From NCBI GenBank assembly GCA_963663475.2, contig CAXXJV010000001.1, positions 2,240,001 through 2,304,000 on the forward strand: a stretch of DNA of 64,000 nucleotides. The letters run 5' to 3'. Source of the stretch: Candidatus Cloacimonadales bacterium (GTDB taxonomy: Bacteria; Cloacimonadota; Cloacimonadia; Cloacimonadales; JAFGVF01). The position numbers were made by a program, and so were the translations under genes. Below the pieces are notes generated by a model. The model was not told the DNA's origin, ran no database searches, and saw only the letters and a program-made list of their open reading frames with translations. How positions within the stretch are numbered: the stretch's first letter is position 1; every line of letters starts with the position of its first letter. This document shows, piece by piece, positions 1-10,596 of the stretch.

Positions 1-1166
1 TTGATTGAGCTTTCTTTAATAAGAGATCTAATATTGCTTTCTAAGCCTTTTCTTGGTGGATCAAAAACAATTGTATCTATCTTATGATTAGCTATAATAT
101 TGGCAAAATTATCTTCTAGTTTATCATTTATAGCCTGAATATTTTTAGCTTTATTAAGTTTAATATTAAACTGGGCATCTTGACTGGCCCATTTGTTACT
201 TTCAACTGAAATAAGGGAAGCTGCTTTATCAGCCAGGAAAAGTCCAATAGTTGATACACCACTATAGGCATCTAAGACATTACTATTTGCAGATATATCA
301 TCTTTAATCTGCTGGTAGATAATTTCCGTAAGCTGTCTATTAACTTGGAAAAAAGATTGGTAATGAATTTTATATCGTTTATTCGCTATTTCATCAATAA
401 AATGGTCTTGTCCATACAATATTTTTTCATAATCACCTAATATTTTATTAGTGTTACTTTTATTAATGTTTTGAATTATTGATACAATATTAGGGAATTT
501 TGTGGTTAGACTAGCAACAAGAGTATTAGTAAAGGCAAGTTTACTCTTGTTGGTAACGATAATAAGTATGACTTGGTTCTGAGAATTAACTCTTAAACCA
601 ATATGTCTAATATTTCCCTTTTTTAATTTTTCATTATAAGCTGTTTCTTTGACACTTGTTAGGTGATTACATACTTCTTGAGCTATATCCAGTAGGAGGG
701 GACTTACCAGCTGGCAATCCTTAGCTGAAACTACTGAATGGGATAGATTCTTAAACATTCCAAAAGTAATTTTGTCATTGGAGCTCGTAACAGGAAAGAA
801 AACTTTATTCCGGTAATTAAACTGACTAGGCGAGCCTATAGTATCACTAATAATATCTGTATATGAAGGGAAGATATCTTGGATAACTTGTTTTTTAAAA
901 ACACACTGATTTGCATAAGGAATATCTAAAGAATTACACCCTCCGCATTCTTTGAATACAGGACAAGGAGATTCTACCCTTTCAACTCCATAATGACTAA
1001 ATTTTACTGGCAGGCCTTTAAAATAATCTTTTTTCTCAGAAAGAACTTTCGCATCAAGAACATCCCCAGGATAGGTAAAGGGAAGGAAGATTTTTTTGCC
1101 TTGGTAAGTACCTAAGCCAAAACCTTTGAAGATCACTTTATCGATTTTAATATTTTTTAGTATCAT
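1..1166 (-). CDS. rlmD: 23S rRNA (uracil-C5)-methyltransferase RlmD/TrmA family, runs off the left edge
   Basis: Not in the ORF track; translated by hand from ATG at 1166 (ATGA overlap with upstream stop). MILKNIKIDKVIFKGFGLG is TRAM-like; CPVFKECGGC is the Fe-S motif; YRNK, FFQVN, VLDAYSGVSTIG and DPPRKGL are also present. Confidence 0.88.
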   Translation of the reverse strand, partial: MILKNIKIDKVIFKGFGLGTYQGKKIFLPFTYPGDVLDAKVLSEKKDYFKGLPVKFSHYGVERVESPCPVFKECGGCNSLDIPYANQCVFKKQVIQDIFPSYTDIISDTIGSPSQFNYRNKVFFPVTSSNDKITFGMFKNLSHSVVSAKDCQLVSPLLLDIAQEVCNHLTSVKETAYNEKLKKGNIRHIGLRVNSQNQVILIIVTNKSKLAFTNTLVASLTTKFPNIVSIIQNINKSNTNKILGDYEKILYGQDHFIDEIANKRYKIHYQSFFQVNRQLTEIIYQQIKDDISANSNVLDAYSGVSTIGLFLADKAASLISVESNKWASQDAQFNIKLNKAKNIQAINDKLEDNFANIIANHKIDTIVFDPPRKGLESNIRSLIKESSI

Positions 1167-1876
1167 AGTTTTCCTAGTATTGCCATTAATCTAAGTCTCC
1201 AGACTTTCCAAATAGCCTCAATTACAATGTTTTTGGACATTTTAGATTTGCCATCTCTTCTTTCATAAAAAATAATAGGAATTTCTTTTACCCTATATCC
1301 CCTATGATAAACGCGGTAGTTCATTTCTACTTGGAATGAATAGCCATCAGAAATAATAGAATCAAGATCTATCTTTTCTAAGATAGATCTTCTGAAACAT
1401 TTAAAACCACCAGTAGGATCATCTATCTTCATTCCTGTTATAACCTTTACATAAAAGGAAGCTAAATAGCTTAAAATTAAACGAGACATAGGCCAGTTTA
1501 CTACATTTACCCCAGAAACATATCTGGAACCAATAACTAAATCATGGTCTTGAATCTCGGATAAAAGACGGGGCACATCATCAGGATTATGTGAAAAGTC
1601 AGCATCCATTTCGATAACATAATCAAACCTATTTTGTATGGCAAATTTAAAGCCTTCTACATAGGCTGTTCCTAAACCAAGCTTACCTTTACGCTCGATC
1701 AAATGAAGTCGATCTGTTTCTTTCATTATATCAAGGACGACTTTTCCTGTCCCATCAGGAGAATTATCATCAACAATAAGGATTTCGATCGAATTATCTT
1801 GGGGTAAAACACTTTCAATAATTCGTTTAATATTATCTATTTCATTATAAGTTGGTATGATTACTAAACTTTTCAC
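1163..1876 (-). CDS. Polyprenol monophosphomannose synthase (DPM1-like GT2 glycosyltransferase)
   Basis: IIPTYNE, VDDNSPDGT, GLGTAY, MDADFSH and GSRY motifs. Confidence 0.9.
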   Translation of the reverse strand: MKSLVIIPTYNEIDNIKRIIESVLPQDNSIEILIVDDNSPDGTGKVVLDIMKETDRLHLIERKGKLGLGTAYVEGFKFAIQNRFDYVIEMDADFSHNPDDVPRLLSEIQDHDLVIGSRYVSGVNVVNWPMSRLILSYLASFYVKVITGMKIDDPTGGFKCFRRSILEKIDLDSIISDGYSFQVEMNYRVYHRGYRVKEIPIIFYERRDGKSKMSKNIVIEAIWKVWRLRLMAILGKL

Positions 1877-1895
1877 AGAACCCTCTAAAATTTAT

Positions 1896-2648
1896 TTATT
1901 TGTCTAAATTATTTTCTAATTTTTGTTTTTCTGGAACATCTTTAAATTTTCTAGCTGGACAACCAGCATAAATTGCAGCTTGAGAAAGATCTTTAGTTAC
2001 AAGACTTCCAGCTGCTACAGTAGCATCAGTATGGATAACTTTACCAGGTAGGATAGTAACATTAACCCCTAATCTAGAACCTGTTTTGAGAGTTACACCC
2101 TTAAAGTGATTAAACCTCTCCTTATCCCTTGCCATATAATTATCATTACTAGTTGCCACACAGGGAGCAACAAAACAATAATCTTCTACTTGTGAATAAG
2201 CAGTGATATAGGCATTAGTCTCAAATTTATTTCTATTACCAATCTTTGTAAAGTTTTCAATAGTTACATTTCTACCAATAATATTTAAATCACCAATAAC
2301 TACATCTTCTCTAATAGTTGCTAGATCAGCTATTAAATTATTAGAACCAATTGTAGCCTGTACGTATATAACTACATTTGCACCAATTTGACACATATCT
2401 CCTATGACAGAAGCTTCCATGTTATCTTTCACTTTGAATATTGATCTAGGTGATGATAAAGGTCTTTTACCTATGATAACATTATCATCTATTCTAACAT
2501 GGCTACCTATTTTACTGTTTGGATATATTACAACGTTATTAGCGATTTGACAACCATCACCAATAACAACATTATCCATAATTACAACATTAAAACCAAT
2601 TTTAACATCTTTTCCAATTAAAGCACTCTCTGCTATATGTTGATTCAT
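1896..2648 (-). CDS. Hexapeptide-repeat (left-handed beta-helix) acetyltransferase, sugar N-acetyltransferase-like
   Basis: Many [IV]GxxxxI hexapeptide repeats; C-terminal AGCPAR. Confidence 0.85.
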   Translation of the reverse strand: MNQHIAESALIGKDVKIGFNVVIMDNVVIGDGCQIANNVVIYPNSKIGSHVRIDDNVIIGKRPLSSPRSIFKVKDNMEASVIGDMCQIGANVVIYVQATIGSNNLIADLATIREDVVIGDLNIIGRNVTIENFTKIGNRNKFETNAYITAYSQVEDYCFVAPCVATSNDNYMARDKERFNHFKGVTLKTGSRLGVNVTILPGKVIHTDATVAAGSLVTKDLSQAAIYAGCPARKFKDVPEKQKLENNLDK

Positions 2649-2723
2649 TTGCTACCTCAAAATTATTTTTCTCAGAATTTACTCTTGTGTTTTTTTGGCA
2701 AGAAAAAATATCTATTAATGAAA

Positions 2724-3260
2724 TTATTTAACCAATTTTGATATTTGACGAAATTTAGGATGTTCAGCAGTTACCATTATCTCAAATAAAAGCATTTCGG
2801 TTGTTAAGATTTGAACTCCTAGATTGCCTAATCTTGTTAGGGCATAGAGTTTGTTATCAACATGTCTAGATGATACTGCATCTGCAACGATACCTACATT
2901 TAATCCCTTTGCTAAGAGATCAAGAGTTGTTTGGGTTAGGCATACATGAGTTTCAACTCCATATATAACAACATTTTTTATTGATTTAGTTTCTATATAT
3001 TCTTGTACTTGAGGTAGGAAAGACGAAAATTGTTTCTTTTCCAGAATATCTGTTGCTGTAGGAATATAAATAGCTTCCATTGTCTTACCCAAACCCTTAG
3101 GATACTGTTCTGTAACAATTAAAGGAATACCAAGTATTTCTGCTCCTTTGTTGAGAATATTAGTATTTTTTACAACTTCATCTATCCCAAAAATTACATT
3201 TTCAAACTTTTCTTGAATATCAATCATCAAAAAAAGAGTATTATTTTCTGTAAAAATCAT
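2724..3260 (-). CDS. Isochorismatase-family cysteine hydrolase
   Basis: IDIQEK, TEQYPKGLG and GVETHVC motifs. Confidence 0.9.
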   Translation of the reverse strand: MIFTENNTLFLMIDIQEKFENVIFGIDEVVKNTNILNKGAEILGIPLIVTEQYPKGLGKTMEAIYIPTATDILEKKQFSSFLPQVQEYIETKSIKNVVIYGVETHVCLTQTTLDLLAKGLNVGIVADAVSSRHVDNKLYALTRLGNLGVQILTTEMLLFEIMVTAEHPKFRQISKLVK

Positions 3261-3356
3261 TATTCCTCCATTATTTTATTGACTTTTATACAAACAGCTT
3301 TATCTTGACAACTAAATATGACAAGTTTTTTTTTAGAAAAGATTGATGGGGTAAGA

Positions 3357-5060
3357 ATGTATAATTTAAGTGAGAATGAAAAAATCAACAGTGTTTTGAA
3401 TGATGTAGTTAATAGAGTGAATAAATTGGCTGAAGAACAATTAGATCACATCAATAGACTTTCAAATATTGGATTAGCCCTTTCTCAAGAAAGAGATGCG
3501 GATAAGATTTTTGATTTAATTATTGAAGAGGCATTAGCCTATACCAATGCCGATGCTGCAACCATATATTCAGTATCAGATGATAAGAAGTTTCTTAACT
3601 TTGAAGTTATGCAGACTAAATCAAAGAATCTTCGAGCTGGAGGTTCTTTTGGTCCTATACTTCTACCTCCAGTACCATTATACAAAGATGATAAATCCCC
3701 AAACCTTTCTAATATGGCTTCATGTGTTTTTCATTCTAAAGAAATGTTAAATATTGAAGATTGTTATGATGAAAATAGATTTGATTTTTCTGGAACTAAG
3801 GCCTGGGATAAGTCTAACAATTACAGTTCAAAATCTATGTTAGCAATTCCATTAAAGAATTATGAAGATGAAATTTTGGGTATTATTCAGATTATTAACG
3901 CTCTTGATACACATACTTCTGAAATAATTACTTTCAAAAAAGAATCTATAGTTATGGTTCAATCTTTAGCTTCTCAAGCAGCTATTACCTTCACCAATAG
4001 GCAACTGATAAAATCTTTAGAAAAACTATTCAAGCAGTTTATTAAAGCAATTGCTTTAGCTATAGATAGGAAATCAAAGGATACTGGTGGCCATATTGCT
4101 AGAGTAGCTATTATTTCAAAGCTGATGGCCAAAAAAATCAATGAAATAGATTTTGGACATTTTAAAGACTTTTCATTCACCGATGATGAACTTGATGAAC
4201 TCTCAGTTGCTTCTTGGCTACATGATGTAGGTAAGATTGCAACTCCTGATAATGTTATGAACAAAGCTTCTAAGCTGGAAAGAATTACTAATGGCCTGGA
4301 AATTATAGACTTAAGACTTGATACAATTTATTCTCTATATAATCAAGAAGCCTATGTGAAAAAAGCATTCGCAAGTAAAGAAAACTTCGATTATTTACAA
4401 ACTTCTCCCCCATCTTGGGAGCTTTATCGTGAAGAAATTTTCCAACAATTAACAGAAGATTATAGCTTTTTAAAAGCTACAAATTTAGGTGGAGAATTTC
4501 TTAGTGATGATAAAATAGCTAGGATTGATAGAATAAGTAATTTTACATACCAGGTTAGAGAAGAAAAGAAGTTTTTAATTAATTCTTTAGAGAATGAGAA
4601 TTTGAAGATCAAAAGAGGGACCTTGAATGATCAAGAACGACAGATTATGAACAATCATGTTAAGTACACTTATGAAATTCTAAATCAGTTAACTTATCCT
4701 AAGAAATTTAAAAATGTTACCCTTTTTGCTTCTTCTCATCATGAACGTCTCGATGGTTCGGGCCACCCTTGGGGATTTACTGAAGAACAGTTACCTATGC
4801 AATCGAGAATCCTAGCAATCTCTGATATTTTTGAAGCTTTAACAGCTCCAGATAGACCTTATAAAAAAGGGAAAAAGCTATCAGAAGCCATGAACATCCT
4901 GATGTATAATGTTCTAGATAATCATATCGATAAAGATCTTTTTGAATTTCTTTTAGATTCAGGACTTTATAAAGAATATGCTGAGAAGTATGTCCCTGCT
5001 ATCCAAATTGATGAAGTAGATATAGAAACAATAAAAAAGAAGATACAAAAAAATGATTAG
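3357..5060 (+). CDS. GAF domain plus HD-GYP-type phosphohydrolase
   Basis: N-terminal GAF (SMLAIPLKN..LGIIQIIN); WLHDVGK, HHERLDGSGHP and DIFEALTAPDRPYK. Start set to ATG 3357 after a G-rich RBS; the ORF extends to 3318. Confidence 0.85.
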   Translation: MYNLSENEKINSVLNDVVNRVNKLAEEQLDHINRLSNIGLALSQERDADKIFDLIIEEALAYTNADAATIYSVSDDKKFLNFEVMQTKSKNLRAGGSFGPILLPPVPLYKDDKSPNLSNMASCVFHSKEMLNIEDCYDENRFDFSGTKAWDKSNNYSSKSMLAIPLKNYEDEILGIIQIINALDTHTSEIITFKKESIVMVQSLASQAAITFTNRQLIKSLEKLFKQFIKAIALAIDRKSKDTGGHIARVAIISKLMAKKINEIDFGHFKDFSFTDDELDELSVASWLHDVGKIATPDNVMNKASKLERITNGLEIIDLRLDTIYSLYNQEAYVKKAFASKENFDYLQTSPPSWELYREEIFQQLTEDYSFLKATNLGGEFLSDDKIARIDRISNFTYQVREEKKFLINSLENENLKIKRGTLNDQERQIMNNHVKYTYEILNQLTYPKKFKNVTLFASSHHERLDGSGHPWGFTEEQLPMQSRILAISDIFEALTAPDRPYKKGKKLSEAMNILMYNVLDNHIDKDLFEFLLDSGLYKEYAEKYVPAIQIDEVDIETIKKKIQKND

Positions 5061-5811
5061 TAAAAATAGATTAAAAGAAATTAAAAAACTAACCCAGAAA
5101 AAATATAGAAATGCTTCTTCAGAGATTCTGGTAGAAGGTAAAAGAATTATTTCTCAAATTATCAATAATGGTTTTATACCTGAACATGTCTTTATTAATG
5201 AGGACAATAAACAAGATAAGAACATTCTTGATAAAAATCTGAGGAAAATAATCGAATATGTTGCTCCCCATGTGATTTCACAATTAACAGAAACTAAGTC
5301 TCCTCAAGATATAGTAGCCCTGTTCAAAAAGCCATTCCATAAGCTACCTACAAAAGGTAACTTTCTTTATTTAGATAATTTAAGAGACCCTGGTAACATG
5401 GGAACTATCTTCAGAACTGCCTTAGCTTTTGATATTGATGGAATCTTGATCTCTCCTGATTCTTGTGAAGTATATAGTCCAAAGGTAATTAGAGCATCTC
5501 TAGGTGCTATTTATAGTATGCCTTTTAAGGTTATTCAACTTGAGGAATTTGAAATAGAAAAATGTGATATATTTTCTACTGAACTTGGAGGATGCCCTAT
5601 AAATGATATTGAAAATTTTCAAGAAAATATGATTATAGTTGTCGGTAATGAAGCAGAAGGTGTTTCTTCTCATATAAGCCAGCTGGCAAGTCAGATTGTT
5701 ACAATACCAATATCTAATAAAATGGAGTCTTTAAATGCTTCAGTAGCTACAAGTATTTGTCTTTACACTCTGATGAGGAATAAATATGGAAATAACTTCC
5801 TTAACAGATAA
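5053..5811 (+). CDS. TrmH/SpoU-family RNA 2'-O-methyltransferase
   Basis: DPGNMGTIFRT, GNEAEG and ESLNASVA SPOUT motifs. Confidence 0.9.
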   Translation: MISKNRLKEIKKLTQKKYRNASSEILVEGKRIISQIINNGFIPEHVFINEDNKQDKNILDKNLRKIIEYVAPHVISQLTETKSPQDIVALFKKPFHKLPTKGNFLYLDNLRDPGNMGTIFRTALAFDIDGILISPDSCEVYSPKVIRASLGAIYSMPFKVIQLEEFEIEKCDIFSTELGGCPINDIENFQENMIIVVGNEAEGVSSHISQLASQIVTIPISNKMESLNASVATSICLYTLMRNKYGNNFLNR

Positions 5812-6742
5812 GAAATTCTGGTTAGCCCCCTTAGCAGGTTATACTGATAAAACTTTTCGCACAATAGCAAAAGAATGTGGTGCAGATGTAATTGTATCGG
5901 AAATGGTTTCTGCTGATGGACTATATTATAACTATGATAACTCTATTATTTATGCCCTATTTGAAGAAGATCAACGCCCTTTTGGAGTTCAGTTGTTTGG
6001 CTCAGATCCTCAAATGATGGCTAAAGGAGCAGAGATAATTAGCTCAATTAATCCTGATTTCATTGATATAAACATGGGTTGTCCTGTTAAGAAAGTAGTA
6101 AATAGAATGGCAGGTTCTGCCTTGATGAAAGATATTGATTTGGCCTGTAGAATAACAGAAGCTGTTAAAGAAGTTGCTCTCAAACATAAGCTCTTAGTAA
6201 CAACTAAATTTCGCTCAGGTTGGGATTTAGAACATATAAATTTCTTACAATATGGTAAAGCTTTGGAGAATGCAGGCTCTGATGCTTTAATTCTCCATCC
6301 TAGAACTCGATCTCAAATGTTTTCAGGACACAGTAATTGGCAACATATAAAAGAGTTAAAAGATGAGGTCAAGATACCGGTAGTAGGTAATGGAGATATT
6401 AATAGTATCGAAGATGCCAGAGAAATGTTTCAGCTTACTGATTGTGATAGTATCATGATTGGGCGGGGTGCTTTAGGTAAACCTTGGGTTTTTCAAGAAA
6501 TTAAAGACTATTATCAGGGCAAAATAAGTCATATTGATAAACATAAGATAATTTTGGCACATTATAACTTGACTTTAAAAAATGCTGGACCAGATAAGCA
6601 AGAACATGCTATCTTAGAAATGAGATCACATTTTAACTATTATTCCAAAGGCTTAAGAGGTGGGTCTCAGCTGAGAGATAAGATTAATCATACAAAAGAT
6701 CCTGCTGAGATATTTGACATAATAAATGAATTAAATTTTTAA
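5786..6742 (+). CDS. dusB: tRNA-dihydrouridine synthase B
   Basis: LAPLAG, DINMGCP, HPRT, GNGDI and MIGRGALGKPW. Confidence 0.9.
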   Translation: MEITSLTDKKFWLAPLAGYTDKTFRTIAKECGADVIVSEMVSADGLYYNYDNSIIYALFEEDQRPFGVQLFGSDPQMMAKGAEIISSINPDFIDINMGCPVKKVVNRMAGSALMKDIDLACRITEAVKEVALKHKLLVTTKFRSGWDLEHINFLQYGKALENAGSDALILHPRTRSQMFSGHSNWQHIKELKDEVKIPVVGNGDINSIEDAREMFQLTDCDSIMIGRGALGKPWVFQEIKDYYQGKISHIDKHKIILAHYNLTLKNAGPDKQEHAILEMRSHFNYYSKGLRGGSQLRDKINHTKDPAEIFDIINELNF

Positions 6743-6770
6743 TAATAATAAAACTTTTTAAGGAGTTTGC

Positions 6771-7526
6771 ATGCGTTGTAGACATTGTAATACACAAATA
6801 AATAATAGTGATATCTATTGTCCTAAATGTAGAAAAAAAACACAAAGTATTAAGGAAAACTTTTTGATTTGGAATACCTTTAAGGAAAGTTATGAAGAGG
6901 TAAAAGATCCTAAGAACTATAGCTTTAAATTTAATTTATTCTTTGCTATAATTACTTTCATTTTTATAACAATCCTTAGTCTTCATTATTCAATCTTTAA
7001 TTATGCAAATGATTGGATAAGATATTTAGTAGAAAATTCTATTTATCTAATATTTGTTCCCCTTCTTATAGTACCCTTTGGTATTCAGAATGTTATTATG
7101 GAGATAGGCTACGGGAAAGAATTAAACAAGTATATTGTTAAACTTCTTCCTAAATATTATCTCTTTGTCTTTATTAATATTTTAATCTTTGCCTTGTTTA
7201 AGTTTATTTGCATTGGGGATTCTGTGCTTACTCTAATAAGACCTATTTTAGTCCTTTGGTGGCTAGCTGTACTGCTTCCTATGCCTGTTATGCTAACCAA
7301 GTACTCGAAATCTATGTATAAGCTATTTCGTTTATCATTAAAGGGATTTGAAGATTTGAGATGGCAACTCTTTTTCGGTTATCTTTTAATTCTAGCAATT
7401 AATATCTTAATGATAATTCCTGTTTTCTTAGGATATTTAAGATATGGAGCCCTTCCCTATCATGCAATAAATAAGTATGTCGAAAAAGTAGATGAAAATG
7501 AAGTTCTAGATGATTATCTAACCTAA
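6771..7526 (+). CDS. Zinc-ribbon membrane protein, hypothetical
   Basis: N-terminal CxxC...CPKC, about five hydrophobic segments, AAGGAG RBS. Confidence 0.7.
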   Translation: MRCRHCNTQINNSDIYCPKCRKKTQSIKENFLIWNTFKESYEEVKDPKNYSFKFNLFFAIITFIFITILSLHYSIFNYANDWIRYLVENSIYLIFVPLLIVPFGIQNVIMEIGYGKELNKYIVKLLPKYYLFVFINILIFALFKFICIGDSVLTLIRPILVLWWLAVLLPMPVMLTKYSKSMYKLFRLSLKGFEDLRWQLFFGYLLILAINILMIIPVFLGYLRYGALPYHAINKYVEKVDENEVLDDYLT

Positions 7527-7551
7527 AGCTCTACTACACTATCTGGGTTTA
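7523..7551 (+). repeat. Solo right-end fragment of the MITE-like element
   Basis: ctaaagctctactacactatctgggttta closely matches the right ends at 24208-24235 and 46460-46488. Confidence 0.75.
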
Positions 7552-7586
7552 AAAGAGAAATATAATTCATTTCATATTTCTCTTTT
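7551..7586 (+). terminator. Probable intrinsic terminator
   Basis: aaaagagaaatat...atatttctctttt inverted repeat followed by T-rich sequence. Confidence 0.5.
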
Positions 7587-7670
7587 ATTTTTGCCAACTT
7601 TTAAGTAAGTTCAGGTTTTTTCTCGTTTATTTTTGCCGACATTCCCTACATTACAAGGGTAAAATAAAAA

Positions 7671-7690
7671 GAGGTACTTTAAAGTACCTC
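7671..7690 (-). terminator. Intrinsic terminator after tRNA-Ser
   Basis: gaggtactttaaagtacctc palindrome with a T-tract on the minus strand. Confidence 0.65.
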
Positions 7691-7700
7691 ATAAAATATT

Positions 7701-7791
7701 TGGCGGAGAGTTAGGGATTCGAACCCTAGGTAAGCTTTCACTTACAACGATTTTCGAGACCGTCCCATTCAACCAACTCTGGCAACTCTCC
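7701..7791 (-). tRNA. tRNA-Ser(CGA)
   Basis: GGAGAGT/ACTCTCC acceptor stem with GCCA end; anticodon arm ACGGT-CTCGAAA-ATCGT; long variable arm GTAAGT-GAAA-GCTTAC; T-loop GTTCGAATC. Confidence 0.96.
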
Positions 7792-8237
7792 TATCTTTTA
7801 TTCTTAAAGAAACTGATTAATAGTTCTTGTGATTCTTTAGCAAAAAGACCTGCCGTTACCTTGGGATTATGATTAAAATGCCTATCCAGCAGTGCGTTAT
7901 AGACAGAGCCGACAGCTCCTGCTTTCTTATCATAAGCAGCAAACACAATCCTCCCTACACGTCTCCAGATAATCATACCAGCACACATTAAACATGGTTC
8001 AAGTGTAATATATAATGTATAATCATAGAGATATTTCTCAGGAGCTTTATCTAAGATTAATTTCTCAGCATGAGCTAAAGGATCATTAAACTCTTTAGTC
8101 CTATTATGTTCCTGATTAACCACTATATCATCTTTAACAAGTAGAGCACCAATAGGTATTTCATCACTTTCATAGGCTTTCTTGGCCATATCCAATGCTT
8201 TTTGCATGAAAAATGAATCTAGAGAATTATTAATCAA
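7791..8237 (-). CDS. tadA: tRNA adenosine(34) deaminase
   Basis: EIPIGA, DPLAHAE, TLEPCLMCAG and K.GAVGS. Confidence 0.9.
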   Translation of the reverse strand: MINNSLDSFFMQKALDMAKKAYESDEIPIGALLVKDDIVVNQEHNRTKEFNDPLAHAEKLILDKAPEKYLYDYTLYITLEPCLMCAGMIIWRRVGRIVFAAYDKKAGAVGSVYNALLDRHFNHNPKVTAGLFAKESQELLISFFKNKR

Positions 8238-8242
8238 ACTTA

Positions 8243-9562
8243 TTATCTACCAATAGAGTAGTAAGTGAAGCCCATAGCTTTCATTTCGTTAGGGTTATAT
8301 TGATTTCTACCATCAAATATAATTGGATTTTTTAATCTTTCTTTGATAGCTTGGAAATCAGGATTTCTAAATTGATTCCATTCAGTTACTAAAAGCAGAG
8401 CATCTGCATCCTTAAGAGCTTCATAATTACCTTCTGCATAGGTAATTGCAGGATTATCACCAAAGATTCTCTTAGCTTCTTCCATAGCTACAGGATCATA
8501 AGCAACAACTTTAGCACCTGCATCAATAAGCATTTTAATTATAACTCTGGAAGGAGCTTCTCGCATATCATCTGTTTTAGGTTTGAAAGATAGGCCCCAT
8601 ATTGCAAATGTTTTACCTGTAAGGTCTTTGCCAAAGTGTTGCATTGTTTTTTCTGCTAAAACTCTTTTTTGATCTTCATTAACATATTCTACGGCTGTAA
8701 GAACTCTAGCTGTCATGCCTTCTTTCTCAGCAATCTTAATTAATGCTTTGACATCTTTAGGGAAACAAGATCCTCCATAACCAGCTCCTGGATAAATAAA
8801 CTGATAACCAATGCGAGAATCAGAACCTATACCATGTCTTACTTCTGATACATCAGCACCAACTAACTCACAAAGTCTTGCTATATCATTCATAAATGAA
8901 ATTTTAGTTGCAAGCATACAGTTTGCTGCATACTTAGTCATTTCTGCACTCTTGATAGACATTATAATAACCTTTTCTCTAGTACGAGCAAATGGTTGGT
9001 ATAATTCATGCATAATTTCAGCACATTTTGGATTATCTGTACCAACAACTACCCTGTCTGGTTTCATACTGTCAGAAATAGCATCACCTTCTTTTAAAAA
9101 CTCAGGATTAGAAACAACATCAAAGGTTAAATCAAGTCCTCTTTCATCTAAAATCTTTTGAACTGCTGCTCTTACTTTGTCTGCTGTTCCAATAGGAACG
9201 GTTGATTTATCAACAATAATTTTATGGCTTTCCATGTGAGTAGCTATATCTTTAGCTACTGATAAAACATATTGAAGGTCTGCAGAACCATCTTCATCAG
9301 GTGGTGTACCAACTGCAATGAAACAGATATCAGAATTTTTTACTGCTTTTGCTATATCAGTAGTGAAGGTAAGTCTTCCTTCTTTTGAATTATTTTTCAC
9401 CATATCTTCTAAACCAGGCTCCCAGATAGGAATACCACCCTTGTTTAAAAGATCGATTTTACTTTTATCATTATCAACACAAATTACATTATTCCCCATT
9501 TCGGCGAAACATGTTCCAGTTACTAAACCAACATAGCCTGTTCCGATAACAGATAATTTCAT
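8243..9562 (-). CDS. ugd: UDP-glucose 6-dehydrogenase
   Basis: [25 protein letters not shown] and [10 protein letters not shown]. Confidence 0.93.
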   Translation of the reverse strand: MKLSVIGTGYVGLVTGTCFAEMGNNVICVDNDKSKIDLLNKGGIPIWEPGLEDMVKNNSKEGRLTFTTDIAKAVKNSDICFIAVGTPPDEDGSADLQYVLSVAKDIATHMESHKIIVDKSTVPIGTADKVRAAVQKILDERGLDLTFDVVSNPEFLKEGDAISDSMKPDRVVVGTDNPKCAEIMHELYQPFARTREKVIIMSIKSAEMTKYAANCMLATKISFMNDIARLCELVGADVSEVRHGIGSDSRIGYQFIYPGAGYGGSCFPKDVKALIKIAEKEGMTARVLTAVEYVNEDQKRVLAEKTMQHFGKDLTGKTFAIWGLSFKPKTDDMREAPSRVIIKMLIDAGAKVVAYDPVAMEEAKRIFGDNPAITYAEGNYEALKDADALLLVTEWNQFRNPDFQAIKERLKNPIIFDGRNQYNPNEMKAMGFTYYSIGR

Positions 9563-9580
9563 TTTTTACCTCGTTTTTAT

Positions 9581-10594
9581 TTAATTTTTATAACCGTTTG
9601 GATTTTTACTTTGCCAATTCCAAGCATCTCTGCAGATATCAGCAAGTCCTAACTCAGCTTTCCAGCCTAATTCTTTATTAGCCTTTGAAGGGTCTGCATA
9701 ACACATGGCTATATCACCCTCTCTTCTATCTGTAAACTCATAATTAACTTCTACATTATTGATTTTACTAAAGGCATTAACCATTTCTAGAACACTATAA
9801 CCACTTCCAGTTCCCAGATTATAAATATTTAATCCTGAACCAATTTTAAGTTTTTGCAATGCTGCTACATGACCTTTAGCTAAATCTACAACATGAATAT
9901 AATCACGAACTCCTGTGCCATCAGGAGTAGAATAGTCATTGCCAAATATATGTAATTTATCGAGTTTTCCAACTGCTACTTGGCTTATGTAAGGTAAGAG
10001 ATTGTTGGGAATACCATTAGGGTCTTCACCTATTAAACCAGAAGCATGTGCTCCAACAGGATTAAAGTATCTAAGTAAGACAATATTCCAATGATAATCT
10101 ACTTTAGATACATCTCTTAAAATATCTTCTATCATTAATTTAGTTCTACCATAGGGATTAGTAACAGATAGAGGGAAGTCTTCTGTTATTGGTAGTTTTT
10201 CAGGATTGCCGTATACAGTTGCAGAAGAAGAAAAAATTAAATTTTTGCATTCAGCATCTTCCATAACCTCTAGCAGAGTAATTGTAGAATTTAGGTTATT
10301 ATCATAATATTGCAAAGGTATTTCATTTGATTCACCTACAGCTTTTAAGCCTGCAAAATGAATAACTCCATCTATTTGATTATCTTTAAATATCGATTTT
10401 AGGAGATCTTTATCTCTGACATCTCCTTCAATGAAGGTAATATTCTTGTTTGTGATACTTTCAACTCTCTCTATTGCCTGATAAGAACTGTTTGATAAAT
10501 TATCAATAACCACAACTTCTATATCTAAATCTAAAAGTTCTATGCAAGTATGACTTCCAATATAACCTGCTCCACCTGTTAATAATAGTTTCAT
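9581..10594 (-). CDS. galE: UDP-glucose 4-epimerase
   Basis: GGAGYIGSH, HFAGLKAVGES, YGRTK, LRYFNP and DGTGVRDYIHV. Confidence 0.95.
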   Translation of the reverse strand: MKLLLTGGAGYIGSHTCIELLDLDIEVVVIDNLSNSSYQAIERVESITNKNITFIEGDVRDKDLLKSIFKDNQIDGVIHFAGLKAVGESNEIPLQYYDNNLNSTITLLEVMEDAECKNLIFSSSATVYGNPEKLPITEDFPLSVTNPYGRTKLMIEDILRDVSKVDYHWNIVLLRYFNPVGAHASGLIGEDPNGIPNNLLPYISQVAVGKLDKLHIFGNDYSTPDGTGVRDYIHVVDLAKGHVAALQKLKIGSGLNIYNLGTGSGYSVLEMVNAFSKINNVEVNYEFTDRREGDIAMCYADPSKANKELGWKAELGLADICRDAWNWQSKNPNGYKN

Positions 10595-10596
10595 AG

